NCBI RefSeq assembly: GCF_009914755.1
Contig: NC_060932.1
Length of the DNA: 64,000 bases
DNA from: the human T2T-CHM13v2.0 reference genome, Homo sapiens
Direction: 5' to 3' (one strand)
Shown: in pieces, positions 57,319-64,000 of the stretch
Layout: each line of letters starts with the position of its first letter
Position numbering within the stretch: position 1 is the first letter of the stretch
The notes under the pieces: model-generated
Databases searched by the model: none
The model's input: the letters and a program-made list of their open reading frames with translations, nothing else
What the model was told of the DNA's origin: nothing
Position numbers and translations under genes: made by a program

Positions 57319-59346
57319 ATGTTGCGAGCCACAGCTCCCTGCTGGTTCCCCCCTGGATACCCAGAAGCTAAGAAGGTGGCCGAGGAGGCGGCCCTGGAGG
57401 CAAGCCGCCATTTGGGAGGGGAGCAGAGCCAGGCCGGTGCTCCCGAAGGCAGCAAGATGTTGCGAGCCACAGCTCCCTGCTGGTTCCGCCCTGGATACCC
57501 AGAAGCTAAGAAGCTGGCCAAGGAGGCGGCCCCGGAGGCAAGCCGCCATTTGGGAGCGGAGCAGAGCCCGGCCGGTGCTCCCGAAGGCAGCAAGATGTTG
57601 CGAGCCACAGCTCCCTGCTGGTTCCCACCTGGATACCCAGAAGCTAAGAAGGTGGCCGAGGAGGCGGCCCTCGAGGCTCCAGAATTCCCACTGCCCTCTC
57701 ATCAGCCTGCCCAGAGCTTCGGGCTCTGGGTGCCCCAGATGCACAAGCAGGCCTCAGCATTTGTGGACATCCAGGCGGAGCCCCAGAACAGGGGTCCGGC
57801 GGTGCCCCCAGCGTGGCCCAAGATGGTGACGGAGTCGTGCTACTTCCCTGCGCAGAGGGGATCGGCCTGCCGCTTGCCAGCCGCCCCAAGGCTGACAGAG
57901 AGGCCCTCGGGAGTCCGCATCTCAGCCCCCAGGAAGAGGAAGACGATCGCCCACTCTTCCAGCCCTTGCTTGGTCACAGGTTACACAGATGCCAAGAGAA
58001 CCCGGGTGGCCAGCAGCAGCCAACGCTCCCGTGGTTCCAAGGTCGGCAGACAGCCAGGGAAGACGCGCAACAGGTCAGGGATGGCATGCAAGACCACCGC
58101 CACCACCAGCTCTAAGCGAATCGTCCGTCGTCCATCCTTACCGAGTTTGAGTTTGAAGAAACCCATTATCCTCCGAAGCTCTGGGTGCCAAGTCCCCACC
58201 GTCCTCCGCCGAGGCTATCTCCAACTGTTCACCGAAGAGTGTCTCAAGTTCTGCGCCTCCAAGCAGGAGGCCGAGGAGAAGGCGCTGAACGAGGAGAAGG
58301 TGGCCTACGACTGCAGCCCCAACAAGAACAGGTACCTGAACGTGGTCCTGAACACCCTCAAGAGACTGAAGGGCCTGACCCCCAGCTCCATGCCCGGCCT
58401 CAGCAGGGCCGCCCTGTACAGCCGCCTCCAGGAGTTCCTGCTCACCCAGGACCAGCTCAAGGAGAACGGCTACCCCTTCCCGCACCCCGAGCGGCCCGGA
58501 GGCGCCGTCCTCTTCACTGGCCAGGGGAAGGGGCCCGGCGACTCCTCCTGCAGGGTCTGCTGCCGTTGTGGCACCGAGTACCTGGTGTCCTCCTCGGGCC
58601 GCTGTGTACGCGACCAGTTGTGTTATTATCACTGGGGGCGGGTCCGCTCGAGCCAGGTGGCTGGAGGCCGGGTTAGCCAGTACACCTGCTGTGCAGCTGC
58701 TCCTGGCTCTGTGGGCTGCCAGGTGGCAAAGCAGCACGTGCGGGACGGCCGCAAGGAGAGCCTCGATGGCTTCGTGGAGACCTTCAAGAAAGAGTTGTCC
58801 AGAGACGCTTATCCAGGAATCTACGCCTTGGACTGTGAGATGTGCTACACCACGCATGGCCTAGAGCTGACCCGCGTCACCGTGGTGGACGCCGACATGC
58901 GAGTGGTGTACGACACCTTCGTCAAGCCCGACAACGAGATCGTGGACTACAACACCAGGTTTTCCGGAGTCACCGAGGCCGACGTCGCCAAGACGAGCAT
59001 CACGTTGCCCCAAGTCCAAGCCATCCTGCTGAGCTTTTTCAGCGCCCAAACCATCCTCATCGGGCACAGCCTGGAGAGCGACCTGCTGGCCCTGAAGCTC
59101 ATCCACAGCACCGTGGTGGACACGGCCGTGCTCTTCCCGCACTACCTGGGTTTCCCCTACAAGCGCTCCCTCAGGAATCTCGCGGCCGACTACCTGGCAC
59201 AGATCATCCAGGACAGCCAGGACGGCCACAACTCCAGCGAGGACGCAAACGCCTGCCTGCAGCTGGTGATGTGGAAGGTCCGACAGCGCGCCCAGATCCA
59301 GCCACGCCACCGGTCCGCCTCTCCCGCCGCCCTGGCCTGTCCTTAG
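57319..59346 (+). CDS. REXO1L1: REXO1-like exonuclease GOR, 675 aa (copy 5; L66, A272P)
   Basis: Intact ORF; variants at 57514 and 58132. Confidence 0.9.
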   Translation: MLRATAPCWFPPGYPEAKKVAEEAALEASRHLGGEQSQAGAPEGSKMLRATAPCWFRPGYPEAKKLAKEAAPEASRHLGAEQSPAGAPEGSKMLRATAPCWFPPGYPEAKKVAEEAALEAPEFPLPSHQPAQSFGLWVPQMHKQASAFVDIQAEPQNRGPAVPPAWPKMVTESCYFPAQRGSACRLPAAPRLTERPSGVRISAPRKRKTIAHSSSPCLVTGYTDAKRTRVASSSQRSRGSKVGRQPGKTRNRSGMACKTTATTSSKRIVRRPSLPSLSLKKPIILRSSGCQVPTVLRRGYLQLFTEECLKFCASKQEAEEKALNEEKVAYDCSPNKNRYLNVVLNTLKRLKGLTPSSMPGLSRAALYSRLQEFLLTQDQLKENGYPFPHPERPGGAVLFTGQGKGPGDSSCRVCCRCGTEYLVSSSGRCVRDQLCYYHWGRVRSSQVAGGRVSQYTCCAAAPGSVGCQVAKQHVRDGRKESLDGFVETFKKELSRDAYPGIYALDCEMCYTTHGLELTRVTVVDADMRVVYDTFVKPDNEIVDYNTRFSGVTEADVAKTSITLPQVQAILLSFFSAQTILIGHSLESDLLALKLIHSTVVDTAVLFPHYLGFPYKRSLRNLAADYLAQIIQDSQDGHNSSEDANACLQLVMWKVRQRAQIQPRHRSASPAALACP

Positions 59347-59910
59347 CCCCAGGCCTCTTCCAAAACCGCCATCAGTCCCGAGAGCTCACCCTGCCCACCT
59401 CGCCGCAAAGCGAAAGAAACTGGAGCAGCCGGCGGCAGGAGAGGGCAAAAAGCCAAGAGTAACCCCAACCCCCCACTCCCGGTCCCCCGGAATCCCTGCC
59501 GCGGCCCCTCGGGCCTGTCCACATCCCTCTGCCCCTCCCAGACCTCTGTCCTTCCACCAATCGCCTCCCGCAGCCCCGAGCCGCCACTCCCAGTCCCCCG
59601 AGTCCCTGCCGCGCGCCCTCGCGCCTGTCCACATCCCTCTGCCCATCCGAGACCTCTGTCCTTACACCACTAGCCACCCCACGTGGGACTTCCTTGGCTT
59701 CTGAGTACAAGGCCAGCCCCCCGGCCCACCAGCTTTCGGAATGCCTGCTTACCTCTTTTTCTGTAGAGGCACCACAGGGAGGTGGGTGAAGCACTTCGGC
59801 TCTGGAGTTACAGATCTGGGTTCAAGGCCAAATTCCACCACTTACTAGGTTTGTAATATTGGACAGATAACGTCTTTGCGCTTCTACCTTTTGGTCTTTA
59901 AAGTGTGATC

Positions 59911-63584
<3,674 letters not shown>

Positions 63585-64000
63585 AAAGTGTGATCCTAAT
63601 GTCATGGTGCGGACTGAATGAAGCAGCACATGGCAAGCCTTAAAACGATCGCACATAGTAGGTGTTCAATTAATGTTAACTATATTTCTTTTCTATAATA
63701 GTTTATAAAGGGAATTCATGAACACTATGTGATTAATCCTTGGAACAACCCAACAGGTAGGTAAATAAAGCCTAATTTTATACCTAAAGAAACCATGCGG
63801 CTTAACTTGCCCAAAATAATAATGATTGTAATGAGCACTGGCTGTTGGTTTCTTATGTACTTGGTACTTTGCACGTATTAACCCAGTCAGTCCTCCTAAC
63901 AGTTGTGAGAGAGATAGCATTCTTATCCCCATTTTACAGATGAGGAACCTGAAGCCCAGGTGATAAGTAGTTTATCCAAGGTATCATAGCTAGAAGTCGG

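Overview
Primate (human-like) DNA made entirely of a head-to-tail macrosatellite with an exact 12,190-bp period (~5.25 units; copies differ by scattered substitutions and one visible 2-bp indel). I recognise it as the REXO1L1/GOR array, recalled from human 8q21.2. Each unit carries an intronless, CpG-rich REXO1-like gene: 675 aa from the first ATG, with intact DEDDh exonuclease motifs, an EloA-BP1-like Cys-rich domain, 3x138-bp N-terminal repeats and a TATA/CCAAT promoter. The rest of the unit is a 5'-truncated dead L1PA with an 11-bp TSD inserted into a MIR, a second MIR, old L1M fragments, two Alus and a degenerate HSMAR2 mariner. Most notable: (1) two DUX4-type TAATGGAATCA sites per unit, one ~120 bp upstream of the TATA box, suggesting an early-embryo/germline-inducible nuclease gene array; (2) an in-frame open tail after the stop encoding the GOR epitope; (3) a triplicated leader+ATG module; (4) strong AT->GC/CpG gain in the L1; (5) a template-switch palindrome inside the L1. 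Repeat family calls come from recalled consensus sequences, not a database search.
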